Assembly (NCBI GenBank): GCA_023920165.1
Contig: CP089279.1
Coordinates: forward strand, 1,984,001-2,048,000
Origin: Curvularia clavata
Taxonomy: Eukaryota
Reading direction: 5' to 3'
Length of the DNA stretch: 64,000 nucleotides
Positions 11,793 to 23,705 of this stretch are shown here, piece by piece; the first letter of the stretch is position 1, and the number at the start of each line of letters is the position of its first letter. The translations under genes were made by a program, and so were the position numbers. The notes below the pieces were generated by a model that saw nothing but the letters and a program-made list of their open reading frames with translations, searched no databases and was not told the DNA's origin.

Positions 11793-12749
11793 CGTGAAGT
11801 GTACCCGTGGCTAAAGGAAATGTTGCAGTTGCCGTGGACAGAACAAAATAAGGGATGTCGGTCGGCGGTCTGGAGTCGGTATGAAGCGCAATCGTTACAG
11901 GAACATTGCTGGACTGTCTGCAGGTAAGTAGTAGCCTCAATGCATACAGGAAGAAGTGCGCAGTGTGCGGGCGCGGCGAGAGACGAAATGTCCACGCGAC
12001 GGCATGGGGGGATGCGCTGCTATCGGCCTTGGCAGGAGGGACTTGCCCTAGCGCCCGCAACCAGTCCCTGGCCGTCTTGGATACGAAGACGTCGCCGTCG
12101 CCGTTTTTCGGCTCGAGTACCGCTGTGTCTGAGAGGCATGTTGTTGGTACAAATGCATCAAGAAGATGTTGGCGTTCTCTGATGGCTGCGCCATAACGTT
12201 GCCTGACGCCACACTTGCACGGTGTGCAACTCCACTCCACGCTGCCTCTCTCCTTTTAGTACATTTCCAGAATCCTTCGACCACGGGTAGCAAGAACATG
12301 GCCCGCCACTATACGAAAAAAGCTAAACATAGTAAAGGAGGCGCTCCACTGTTCACCATCAGCGGCCGCTAGCTGAACGAGCGACCCGTGAATGTCTAAG
12401 ACTGTCCGAGATCATCACGAGATTCCGCCGCGACTATAATGGGAAATCTCAAACTATGGGAAACTCAACGGGCAGCCAGATCCACAATCTGAACGGAAGC
12501 TTCGCCACGGTCGCCAAGCCGTCTTGCTAATCAGCCCTTCAGTGACGATTGTCTGGTAATCGCAGCCCACATCTTTGCAGCTACGATTGTGTTACCCGCT
12601 ATGACGTCGAGCATCTGTCACAGTAAAGAAATGATCCCATTGGAAAAAGGACAAATAATCGCAGTTGTGCCAACATCTTTCTACCGTCAATCTTCTCCAT
12701 TTACCATCTGCTCTAATTCATCCACTCTGATCCATTCCGAGGTGCAATT

Positions 12750-14069
12750 ATGGTCGAAAAGGTGATCCAACTCAGGTGCGACTGCAACCAGTACCCATGG
12801 GGAAAGCAGGGTTCAAAATCACTCGCCGCAACTCTATGCGAGAAGACCCCGGGGACTAGCTTCAAGATCGATGAGAACACTCCCTATGCTGAGATGTAAG
12901 TCTATTGACTTTGTATTGTTGATACATTCTCACCTCCGCAGGTGGATGGGCACGTATCCCGAACTGCCCTCGTATGTGTTGGAGACAGGCGAGAACCTTC
13001 AAGATGTCATCGACAAGCACCCCGATGAGCTCATCGGAAAGGCTGTCACGGAAAAGTTCAACCACACCAAGCTGCCATACCTACCAAAGGTCTTGTCAAT
13101 AGCAAAAGCCCTACCTTTGCAGCTACACCCAGTAAGTACTGCCAAGGCGAAATTCACTTACATTCTCTAACTTTGCTTCAGAACAAGGATCTTGCTTCAA
13201 AACTGCATGCAAAGAACCCCAGCCAGTTTACAGACCCAAATCATAAGCCAGAGATTGCACTGGCTCTTGGCGACTTTGAAGCTTTCTGTGGGTTCAAGCC
13301 TCTGGGAGAAATTGCGCTTTTGATGAGACTACCACCGCTCCAAGGCTTTATGCCCGAGGTCTCAAAACCCGTGTTTGACGACCAGCAACTCAAGCACGTC
13401 GTCAGAGCAATGCTTACAGCTTCTGAAGAGACTGTACGCAAGACCAATGACGCTTTGATGAAGATACCAAAAGAGCAGTTCATCGAGTCCGAGTACATTC
13501 CTGAGATGATCCCTCGTTTAGCAGAACAGTACGACAAGGCCGACAATGGATTGCTCGTTGCGCTCATCACTATGAACTACCTGAAGCTCAAGGCCGGCGA
13601 CAGCATATACATTCCTGCTGACGGTATTCATGCTTACCTATCCGGCGATATCATCGAGTGCATGGCCCGCTCGAACAACGTGCTGAACACTGGTTTCTGC
13701 CCCCGTGCTGATCGCGACAATGTCGACATGTTCTGCTCGGTTCTCACATTCTCGCCGCATAATCCAAGGGAAGCCATGCTACCCGCAAAGGCATTCGACA
13801 GAAGCAAAAACGGCAAGACGCAGATATATGCGCCTCCACTCAGCGAGTTCAACATGCTGGCAACAACCATGGATGCCGGTGATTCCGAGACAATTGGATC
13901 ACTTGGTGGACCCAGCGTCATGATTGTGACGGAGGGTGAAGGCACCATGAAGGGTGACGGCAAAGAGTACAAGCTGAGTGCTGGCTACATCTTCTTTATC
14001 GGTCCCGGCGTAGACCTAGAATTCAACGCTACCAAGCCGCTCAAGGCCTTTACAGCTTTCGCTGAGTAG
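12750..14069 (+). CDS. Mannose-6-phosphate isomerase class I family protein (divergent paralog)
   Basis: Exons 12750-12895, 12942-13131, 13182-14069. Motifs YPWGK, YAEMWMGTYP, LQLHP, NHKPE, HAYLSGDIIECMA. Confidence 0.88.
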
Positions 14070-14715
14070 ATTAGTGTAAGAGTAACTTGGTCATAAATAA
14101 AGTTTGAATCGCGATGAGGCTCTCCCGACTCCCTTGCGGAGGTGACGTTGCAACCGATTGGAGGGAACCATACCTTCCCCGCATGCATGAACACGGATAG
14201 GCGGCCAGAATTGGACGATTCCAAGCAACCTTATGTCTGCATACTCTGAATGCGTATGAGGAGCCGGAATCTCTTCGGATCCGCACGCATGTGTGCTTGC
14301 ATTTCCCCACAAGGTACCCTTGTTCCCCCGCACTTTGCCTAGGAATCCCCCCTCAGCTTATGTGTAGCTATAAAACCCCGCAACGGAGCTTTATTTGGTG
14401 GTTTGGGAAACAAATTATTGCTCGCTTTGATTTGTTCATTGTGCCTGTGGCTGATATAGAATTGGTCAAGAAACGTGGTTGTTTAATCGTGGGCTGACTG
14501 GACTTAACGAAAGTGCGCGCTGGGACAGACAATTGAAGTTGAAACATCATACTTTTAAATCAGCACCGGAACCACTCGGTAAGCTTGTCATCTGGACTTC
14601 TCACCACGAAATTTGGCTTTGGTTTTGGTTTCAGCGTTGTCAATCTGTTTCTTCTACACATCCATCTACTAACTCACTCCATTTGACAGCTTAGAACAAC
14701 GCACATCCATCCACC

Positions 14716-16212
14716 ATGGCGACCGCAGTGAACGTAAAACGCGATTCCATGGACGCAACAGCCAGCGGCCTCGAGACGAAGATGAAATCTGCTTCTCTCG
14801 AGGAACAAAACACCACGGCACGAAAGCATCCCCTGAGTCTCATAGACCTTCCACCCTCCGTCCGCAACAACATCTACCGCCACTGTCTCGACACCGAGAT
14901 GGTCAATTTGGGCGAGCCCAATGTATCTTACACGCACAAACTGCACGATGGCGTGCTCACCTTTTCTTCCTCACGTCCGCCCTTCCCCATTACCAGCAGT
15001 CTTTTCCACGTCAACAAAGCCATCAGTCGCGACGCCCTCGAGTACTTTTACAAGAAGAACCTTTGGGTACGATTTGACGTCTACACGGCCGACGCCCGAC
15101 ACGCCAAAACGCCACTCGAAGACTCCGGCCTACTCTTTTCCACGGCGTCGCCCTCAGCCGTGGAAAAAGCGACTAGACACGCGCTCGAGGTGGTGTTAGT
15201 AGAAAAGAATTCCGCGCAGAAGCGTGCAAGTGTCATGTTTCCCGCACAGTATCTGCCTCGCCTAATCAACTTTCTCGAGCAAGCAAGCCGCGCAACGACC
15301 AGCTGGGCGCCGAGCCATACACTGTTTCTAACCGTGTTGAATACATACGACTTCCCTGTCTCACGGCTCCAGGGCGATTTGCTCGAGCTGTTCGGGCTGC
15401 TAGTGAACTTTGGCGGCGTTACAGTAGATAGCAAGAATTTGCTGCCACGGTACGCGGAGGGACTACAGAGTATGATGACGGAGAAGGGGTTTACGGCGGA
15501 GGGGTACCTCGCTCGTGTGACTGAGTTGGCGGATCTGGCGGATGAGGCTAGAGAGAAGGAGGACTACGCCCTCTCGAATGAATATGCCCAGGCGGTTATT
15601 ATTACGCTGACGTATGGGTACCTGACGCATGCTGAGACGCTGCATTCTCAAGACGAAGCGTTTGCCAGAGCCATTCAGCGGTTAAGATGGAGGACAGAGT
15701 TGGGTCTGGGCATTTCGCTATCGATCCCTCTACGTAGTCTGACGTCGACAAAGCACTGGCTCCATGCTGCTGATCCGACACCCGAAGTAAGGAAAGCAGC
15801 GAGCGACTTGCTGTTAGCAGAGACTTCGGTCTCCAGGGCGTTGAGTCTCGTCACCGATTCGCCTTCGCCAGCGAACAATCCGTGGTTTCATTCGCTGCCG
15901 GTTGAGCTTATTCCGCCGAATAAACCTACCTTCTTTACAGAACGAGAGAAGGCACAGACATGGTATGCACTCGGCACCGTACACATGGCCTTGGGAGAAA
16001 ACATATTTGCGTGTGGTGATATGGAAAGGGCATTGGAGCTTTGGGGAAAGGAGAGTGGCGTGGATGAGCAAGGAGGTTTGAGGGAAAAAATCGAAGAGGC
16101 GTTTGAGAAGGCGAGGCAGGGAATTGATGGCGATGCGGAGAGTATGTGGGTAGGCGCGGTCAGACCTGGAACTGGATTAAAGAGAGCGGCCAGACTGGCC
16201 AGAGGATTGTAA
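14716..16212 (+). CDS. Hypothetical protein (F-box-like N-terminal motif, TPR-like C-terminal helices)
   Basis: 498-aa intronless ORF with ACCATGG start context, LSLIDLPPSVRNNIYRHCL, and AQTWYALGTVHMALGE...DMERALEL. Confidence 0.75.
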   Translation: MATAVNVKRDSMDATASGLETKMKSASLEEQNTTARKHPLSLIDLPPSVRNNIYRHCLDTEMVNLGEPNVSYTHKLHDGVLTFSSSRPPFPITSSLFHVNKAISRDALEYFYKKNLWVRFDVYTADARHAKTPLEDSGLLFSTASPSAVEKATRHALEVVLVEKNSAQKRASVMFPAQYLPRLINFLEQASRATTSWAPSHTLFLTVLNTYDFPVSRLQGDLLELFGLLVNFGGVTVDSKNLLPRYAEGLQSMMTEKGFTAEGYLARVTELADLADEAREKEDYALSNEYAQAVIITLTYGYLTHAETLHSQDEAFARAIQRLRWRTELGLGISLSIPLRSLTSTKHWLHAADPTPEVRKAASDLLLAETSVSRALSLVTDSPSPANNPWFHSLPVELIPPNKPTFFTEREKAQTWYALGTVHMALGENIFACGDMERALELWGKESGVDEQGGLREKIEEAFEKARQGIDGDAESMWVGAVRPGTGLKRAARLARGL

Positions 16213-16505
16213 TTTCTGTCGGGACTGTGATTAACTTCATGCTGGTGACACGCCTGTATGTAATGACAGTATTTAAGAAGTCAGGAAGGCATTTCGGACG
16301 AAATATAAGAAAATTACAGAAGAAAGCTATCGGTCTGCCGATTGGTTGCTTGATAAGACGAGATATGCAACATTCACCTCATGCCATGGGGAAATAAATG
16401 AAGATCCATGAGTGATAAATAATACCGTGCAGTGATCATTGCAAAATTTACATGGTATACATACGGTATTGTTTACAAGGCAGTGTACAAGTCATACAGC
16501 TCTAC

Positions 16506-17972
16506 TTAAGCACGCGGCTGACTCTGCGTGGGTTTGTTACTCGAGTTGACAAGCGCAGCCCAAGCATCACCTCCAGCATTCTTCGATCCCTGGTAGATGT
16601 CGCGCAAGCTACCAGAAGCAGCCGAAGCTTTCTTGCGATGTTCCTCCAACACTGACTCAACATAATCATCTTGGCCACCAGCGGCCTTTGCCTTGATAGC
16701 CATGTCCGCCTTGTGAATCGCCCTCTCGAGGAATCTCCGCCGTTCAGCGTTCAGTGTGCTGTTGGTCGAGGCAGTTTCTGCTTCTGTAACCACCTTGGCG
16801 TACTCTGCCTTTTGGGCAGCCCGGAAAGCTTCCTCGCCGCCAGCTGCTTGCACTCGAGCTGCAAATGCTGCTTCGGCCGCTTGCTTTTCGGGCCGAGCTG
16901 CTGCCTTCCAAGCTTCTACACCACCAGCCTCTTCGATCTCTTTTCGCTTTCGCTGGTTGTACGCAATCTTCCTTGCGGTATGGTCGTTGATATTAGGCAG
17001 ATTGAAGCGATTCCTAACATCTTGCAGGTCCTGGACGGTGAAACCCGCATCTTGGTATCTCTTGATGTTTTTCTGCTTGATCAGTGTAGCTGCCTCTTTG
17101 CGCTCTTTGGCTCGAACAAAGGCTAATTTTAGGCCCTCCTCCTCGCTGTCTACAAGACCCCGGTTCAGGTACCGTTTCGCAGCCTTGACAGCTTTGATGT
17201 ATTCCTTAGCAGCCTGGGTTGCCGCTCCCCTCTCGTATTTTTCAGACAGCTCAGCCTCAAAGGCCTGGCCCTCAACTTCTTCTGGTGCCCACATCTGTTG
17301 TCCCTCACTTTCCGCAAAATCTCCAATCTCCAATCCAAATATTCCTTCGGCCGCTTTACGTTCAGCCATCATCTGAGGAGTCGGCCATTGGCTGTCGATG
17401 GTAGCTTGATCAAGTCCAAGAGCGGCAGCCTGAGCTCGCAAGCGATCAATGACCTCTGGTTTCTGCATGAGCGTCCAGCGGAGGGCCCATCCCATAGGTC
17501 CGAGCTCTTTAATACGTGCGGGGTTGTCCTTGAGTAGGTATTCGTCTAGACCACCTTCACGATCCATCGTTTTGAGCACCTTGGCTGTAATGCGCAGCTT
17601 TATCCTCTTCTTCAATGCAACGGAGTATAGACTCTTCGACAGGACGTTTGGCTGCCATTTGCGCCGGGTCTTGGTCTCGGTGTCCTTGGAGACATTGTTG
17701 CCGAACCGTATCATCTGCTCACCATAGAGGCCCTTGTTTGCTTGCTTGAACAACCTGTGCTCGCCATGTGGGTATGCGGGTATATATGCGTCTTTGGGAA
17801 TGACATTTTTGGGAAGGTGGGAGCCGAGATCACCGCCGCGTCGCCGTTGCAGAGGGTTCTTCACTGGAGGTGCGGAAGCAGGCGCCGTGGTCGCATATGT
17901 CCGCTGCGCCGAGTGGACGGTACGGAGGACGCTTCCTGATGTCGGAATGCGCAATTGACGTGGAGGATGCAT
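16506..17972 (-). CDS. MRPL24: Mitochondrial ribosomal protein bL28m (Mrpl24) with long C-terminal extension
   Basis: L28 motifs KQANKGLYG, FGNNVS, KTRRKWQPNV, VLKTMDREGGLDEYL. The presequence starts at MHPPRQLRIP. Confidence 0.88.
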   Translation of the reverse strand: MHPPRQLRIPTSGSVLRTVHSAQRTYATTAPASAPPVKNPLQRRRGGDLGSHLPKNVIPKDAYIPAYPHGEHRLFKQANKGLYGEQMIRFGNNVSKDTETKTRRKWQPNVLSKSLYSVALKKRIKLRITAKVLKTMDREGGLDEYLLKDNPARIKELGPMGWALRWTLMQKPEVIDRLRAQAAALGLDQATIDSQWPTPQMMAERKAAEGIFGLEIGDFAESEGQQMWAPEEVEGQAFEAELSEKYERGAATQAAKEYIKAVKAAKRYLNRGLVDSEEEGLKLAFVRAKERKEAATLIKQKNIKRYQDAGFTVQDLQDVRNRFNLPNINDHTARKIAYNQRKRKEIEEAGGVEAWKAAARPEKQAAEAAFAARVQAAGGEEAFRAAQKAEYAKVVTEAETASTNSTLNAERRRFLERAIHKADMAIKAKAAGGQDDYVESVLEEHRKKASAASGSLRDIYQGSKNAGGDAWAALVNSSNKPTQSQPRA

Positions 17973-18158
17973 TGTGTAGGGAGCAGGAGGCAACCGTGAT
18001 TGCTCTTCGTGGTGGATGGTTGAGATGCTCTCGGTAGTCCGCAAATTCGAGAAGGCCACCGCACGGACCCCTCGACTTGTAGGTACTTGACATTTGGTCT
18101 CCAAGCAGCGCACTTGGACACTTACACCAACACTGTTGAGAGCAACGAACACGAGAAA

Positions 18159-18794
18159 ATGACAGAAACCACTCAACCATCCACTGCAAACATAGCAGCC
18201 GCGTGTGCCATTCTCGCCGGCGTGACTGGTTACATGCTGGGGCAAGCCAAATCTCTAGGCTTCTTTGGTGGTAGCCCTGTCTCTCAGCCAATGAGATCAG
18301 AGAAGGATCGAGCAGAAGACTCAGAAGACGAGTCGAGCGACGAAGAGGATGACAGCAAGCCCGCTGAGTTTCCAGACCATGAGGAGGAATGCAAAATGGT
18401 TCTGGTAGTGCGAACGGATCTCGGCATGACAAAGGGTATGGCGACTCTGTTGCGCGGCTAGGAATATTGGATTGACCATGACACAGGCAAGATTGGCGCA
18501 CAGTGCGGGCATGCAACACTGGCTTGCTACAAGCACTTCCTTCGGACCTCACCAGACTCCAAGATACTCAGGCGTTGGGAACGACTAGGACAAGCAAAGG
18601 TCGCACTGCAGGTCAAGAGTGAAGAAGAGCTAGAGATTTTGCAGGCACAGGCCCTGAGCCTGGGGCTTGTAGCACAAATTATTCATGACCAAGGGCGCAC
18701 ACAGATTCCGAGCGGAAGTGCGACGGTACTGGGTATCGGTCCTGCGCCGAAGAGTGTTATTGATAAGGTCACCGGACATCTCAAGCTGCTGTAA
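18159..18794 (+). CDS. PTH2: Peptidyl-tRNA hydrolase 2
   Basis: Exons 18159-18435 and 18487-18794. N-terminal TM, KMVLVVRTDLGMTKGKIGAQCGHA, GQAKVALQ, IHDQGRTQI, LGIGPAP, VTGHLKLL*. Confidence 0.95.
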
Positions 18795-19635
18795 ACGGTC
18801 TCGGCTTTAAGAGCCTTGAAACAGACGGAGAAGAGTGGCAGTACGCCACGTCTCAGCGATGACTCGTTATGCATGTGCTATGGTGACGAGAAGTCAGGCG
18901 AAGGCTGTTGGGAGCCGGCAAGTCGCGCCAGCGACTTAGCAAGCATCAAAGATAAATATTCCCTACAACGATCACACGCCCAGCCTACTGAAGCGAATGT
19001 GCATCTGGCGACGCGATTTTTTTCGCCGTTTAGGGGAACGTTGGCGAGATACGCATAGGGTGCGTTGGCTCTTGAGTGACGCGTGCTATTCTGGTCTATT
19101 CTGTCGAGAAACGTGAGATGCACCCTAGCTGCCCAACAAATGCTGGTAGCCATGTGCAGATACCAGACGGAGTCCCATATGCCTGGAAGGCGTCTTCTGG
19201 CTTGGGATCTTGACACCAAAGGCCAACGGTATACTCACAGTGTAGTGCATAGGGCTCATGTCGAACGAGCGAGAGGTTTGTATGGCTGCAATGCACATAC
19301 GCTCTGTAGCATGTGCATTAAGCCATGACGTGCATGCGTCGTAGATGTGCCTGGGTAGGGATAGTACAGAAATCGACGAAACATACGGTCCGAGATAATC
19401 GACTTGGGAAATGGGCTGATTGTACTCGCAAAATTACCCTCAGACAGGCACTCGGGTGTGTGACATGTCATTTTTGTTTCCCAAACCAAGCCATCGGACT
19501 ACAACACCGATTGGCTGCTCGTCATTGGCAAGGTGGGACCAAAGGTTGTGCTGCATCAAGTGAAAAACCAGGCGATGGGGATTCGTGGTCATACCATTAC
19601 TCTACAGTACTTGTGTGAAGAAAAAGGGTGCAACG

Positions 19636-20670
19636 TTATGCAGCCGCACCTTTCCACCAGCTGGTAGCGCCCAATACAAATACTACGACCATAGCATCGC
19701 TCACAACGGTGCTGTATATGACGCTGTACCTGCCCACTGTCCTAACATAGCCTGCATATGGCTCAGGTAATACACCGGCGACGGTGCTGAGAATGCCTCC
19801 TCCTTGTAATTGGCCTTTCTCGATGAAGTAACGCGAAGACTGTAGGACGACCTCGAAAGTCGCAAAGAGATAAAAGAAGTGGGCAAAAGTGTCGACAGGT
19901 ACAGACTGCGTGGCCCAGTCGTCGTCATTCGGCATATTGTCACGTGAGAACTTGGATCCGGTGAACGGCGTCTGCAACACGATGTAAACGGCGAGTCCCA
20001 GAGAAAAGACTGAGTGCACCAGGCGCCAGACCCAGGCCGAAGACTGATCGGGTGAGGGCTCAGGAACACCACCTCCTTGCATGGCCGAAAGCATGTTAGC
20101 CAGGCCTGGTGGCGCACCTGTCTGGCCAGGGCCGCCAGGCATGCCCGGCATTCCACCAGCACCCGCGCCCATCATCTGCTGGAGCATTGCCATCATGGGG
20201 TCCTGAGACGGGTCTGAGGCCTGTCCTGGGCCAAAAGGACCTGCTTGGTTTGCGTCGAAAGCAAAAGGCGAAGGGAGCCTGGGCTGGGAGGCGGGGGTGT
20301 AGTGATGATGGGAAATGTCCACCTCATCGGGGTCTGGCGTAGCGGTCCCAGACACGGCGGGAGAAGAAGAGACCGGGGCAGGCTTGACTGAGATGCCGTT
20401 AGCCGTTTGTTCATTGAGACGTGGCACTGAGGCAGAGGCCGTCTCCGCGGACGCAGGTGTGGCCAGAGGGAGAATAAGCTGCTATGTACCTGGTACATCC
20501 TTCTCGAATTCGCTGATGTCCTTAGGTGGGCCGCCCTGTAGCGCCGTGATCTGCTGCAGTCGAGAAGCGCCGCTCTTCGCCGCCAGACGCTCTCTGCGCA
20601 AGCGGGCCTTTGTCTGGGCGGGGGACTCGCCGGGAAGGGCGCCCGTTGAGGCAGCGGGCGATTCAGCCAT
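19636..20670 (-). CDS. GET2: GET complex subunit Get2 (ER tail-anchored protein insertase)
   Basis: Exons 20670-20490 and 20387-19636. Basic N-terminal motif ARLRRERLAAK...SRLQQIT, low-complexity linker, about three C-terminal TM segments. Confidence 0.8.
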
Positions 20671-21925
20671 GGGGAGGTGCCGTGTGTTGCGGTGTGAAGA
20701 GACGTGAGACTCGCTTCGGGTGGTGCTGGCGATGTCGGGAGTCGAGTCGTGGAGGGGCCTGAGGTCATTGGCTTGGCGGACTCTTAGCGTGTATATCACC
20801 GGCCAAGCTTACACCCGCCCAGTCCCCGAATCCTCGTACGACCATAACTGCACTCCTAGTTACTCGTCTTGTAAAGTCGCACGCGCGGTACGGCCCGTAT
20901 TACTCCTAGCATCTTCGGTCTTCTTATCCGTCCTGTCAACGAGCTCTCGTGGCCTCCACAGCGTCGCTTAGCCCCCGGCCCCTCATCGCAGAGCCTCCGT
21001 CCTGGAACCGCTCCATCCCCTTCGGACATATTGCTGTATTACTGATCCCGTGTGATTGACCACCCAACAAATGGTTGCATGCACTACCACCCCCTCCTTC
21101 AGTCGCCACCCCGGCTTCAGTCTTTTGGGAGCCGCTGCGAGGAACCCTGTCCATTTGGGAATCCATGCCTGGCTATAATTCGCTCAGCTATCCTGGGGCT
21201 TGATCATCCCAACGCCACATTGTAATTATTCTCTGAACCTCGTCTGCCGAAGCCATCAGCTCTGATTCTTTTGCTTAGCGCTTCCAGCGGCGCGGTGGCT
21301 CGGGAGAGAAGCCGGTTGGTATTGCCCCACGATCCTTCGCTTGTTGCCTCTGTGCCCCGTTGCGAACTCAGCTCCACATTGCTTCACCCCGCCCCTTGAT
21401 GTTGCGGCGAGCATGTTTGCTTGTTATCAGCTTTAGCCCTATCACATGCCGCTAGCCTTCTGAGTAGCGTCTCAAGTATTCCCACCAGGCTTGCAAAAAG
21501 GATCCATGGATGCACTTGCTCGATGGAGAGCAGCATTAGACTATTCTTATATCGCATCGTCGACACGAGATTGGTGCTCCACAACGTTTTTGCTTAAGGA
21601 ATACCCGGCATGTCCATTAGACCCACCTGGTGATTCGATAACCCTGGTGCAATCGTACATGGACATCATGTACGATGTATCCACATTACAACCGCGCGTG
21701 CAAGCAAAAGTCTATTGACCAAGACCCCCCTCCGTTGCACTGCATTGGACAAGACAAACTGTGCTTCCGCTACAAAAGCAAACATTATACTTCATGTATA
21801 ACCCTTATTTTCGCTTCGTTTCATCTCGTCCTCGCATATGAATCCTTTATTCCGGACTCTCATCTTCCCCATTTTCTTCGTCCAGTTCCTTTCTTTCTTT
21901 CTTTCTTCCCTTGATACCGCCAAAC

Positions 21926-23705
21926 ATGTTTGCTCCGAGCATCAGGTCAAAGTCTCAATTCCTGCGGACACACACCTTTCGTCTGGTGCCATCATCATAC
22001 CAGTACCGAGCTCAGTCAACTTTGTCTAATGACAAGCCCTACTGGAATCATATCCCGTCCTGGAGGGACATCTCCAGGGATGAGTTTATATCATATCGAT
22101 GGCAGGTATGTCATTGGCAACACCCAATCAGCTTGGAGTCCGGCCGCGCCTATTTTGCCGCATTGGCTGATCCTCCTGATTCTAGCTACGAAACACAATC
22201 TCAGACAAACACAAGCTGTACAAGTTCCTTGATGAGGTCTTGCCGGAAAAACTTGGTCCTACCAAGAATGAACAGCTCAGAAGGATCCGGACGAAAACTA
22301 ACTTTATCGAAGATGCTGTATGTCGTGGCCCTTTTGCGGTGTCGGTGATTTATCCGCTAAACGCTAATCCCATGCAGATTGCTGCCATCAAATTGGCACC
22401 AATGGCCATTCGCTTAACTCCCCATGTCCTCTCTTTGGTCGATTGGAGCAACCCTCTAGACGACCCCATTCGGAGACAGTTTCTTCCCCTCAGAAGCGGT
22501 ATAATTCCGGATCACAAGTATTTAGAGTTGGACTCGTTGCATGAGGAGGAAGACAGTCCTGTCCCTGGATTGGTCCATCGTTATCCTGGACGAGCTCTAT
22601 TTTTGGCTACGTCGATCTGCCCTGTCTACTGCCGCTTTTGTACGAGATCATATGCAGTTGGCGGAAACACTGACACGGTATCGAAGAAGCCCCAAAAACC
22701 CAGTCGGAAACGATGGGAAGTGGTGTTCGAGCACATTGCTAACGATGAATCACTTCAAGACATTATTGTTTCAGGCGGCGATTCCTACTTCTTACAACCG
22801 GACCATGTCCGAGAGATTGGCGAGAGGCTACTAGACATACCTCACATCAAGCGTGTTCGCTTTGCCTCAAAGGGATTGGCTGTTGCCCCTGGTCGTATTC
22901 TCGATGATTCTGACCCCTGGACTGACAGCCTGATTGCTGTCTCCAACAAAGGCCGAGAGTAAGATATTATCTAACATTAAAAGCTTTGATTCTCGCTAAC
23001 CAAACCTACCCTTTTCACAGAATGGGCAAGCAAGTGTGTCTGCATACACATATCAACCATGCAAATGAGATCACGTGGATAACCAGACTGGCTGCAAACA
23101 AACTGTTCAAGCATGGTGTGATTGTGCGCAATCAGTCAGTCTTGTTGAAAGGAGTCAACAACACCTTCACAGCGCTCTCCGGTCTTATCAAGGCGCTTGC
23201 TGATATTAACATTCAACCATACTATGTCTATCAATGTGACATGGTACAAGGTATCGAGGATCTTCGGACTCCCCTCCATGAGATCATTGATCTGGACAAG
23301 CAACTCCGCGGGACCCTTTCCGGTTTCATGATGCCGTCTTTTGTCATTGACCTTCCCGGTGGCGGCGGCAAGCGGCTTGTTTCCACCTACGAGACATACG
23401 AACAAGGCGTAGCAACATACAAGGCCCCTGGCCTCCCAGGCGCCAAGGGCGAAATGACGTATACCTACTACGACCCAAAGCCTGTGAAGACAGCTGTCCT
23501 CGAAGAGTTCCAGCAAAGCCAACTCCAAGCCCTTGAGCGGGGCGAAACGCTAGAACAGTTCTTTGCCCAGTCGACTGCTCACTTACCGCTTTCTCCGCGG
23601 CCAACCCCACCGTTCCGACCCCAGCAACCCGCATCGTCAAATATGCACCCTAATCTCTGGGCTCCTTCCCCAGAGCCGGCATATGCATATTCTCGGGGAA
23701 TGTGA
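21926..23705 (+). CDS. kamA: Lysine 2,3-aminomutase (KamA family, radical SAM/PLP), predicted mitochondrial
   Basis: Exons 21926-22105, 22186-22317, 22378-22958, 23021-23705. Motifs DPIRRQFLP, GLVHRYP, CPVYCRFCTR (CxxxCxxC), SGGD, HINHANEI, NQSVLLKGVN, YYVYQCD, IDLPGGGGK. Confidence 0.92.

Noticed and set aside
17973..18245. N-terminal 91-aa extension of MRPL24 predicted by the ORF track
   Set aside because: It overlaps the PTH2 coding start on the opposite strand. The downstream ATG 17972 gives a proper presequence.
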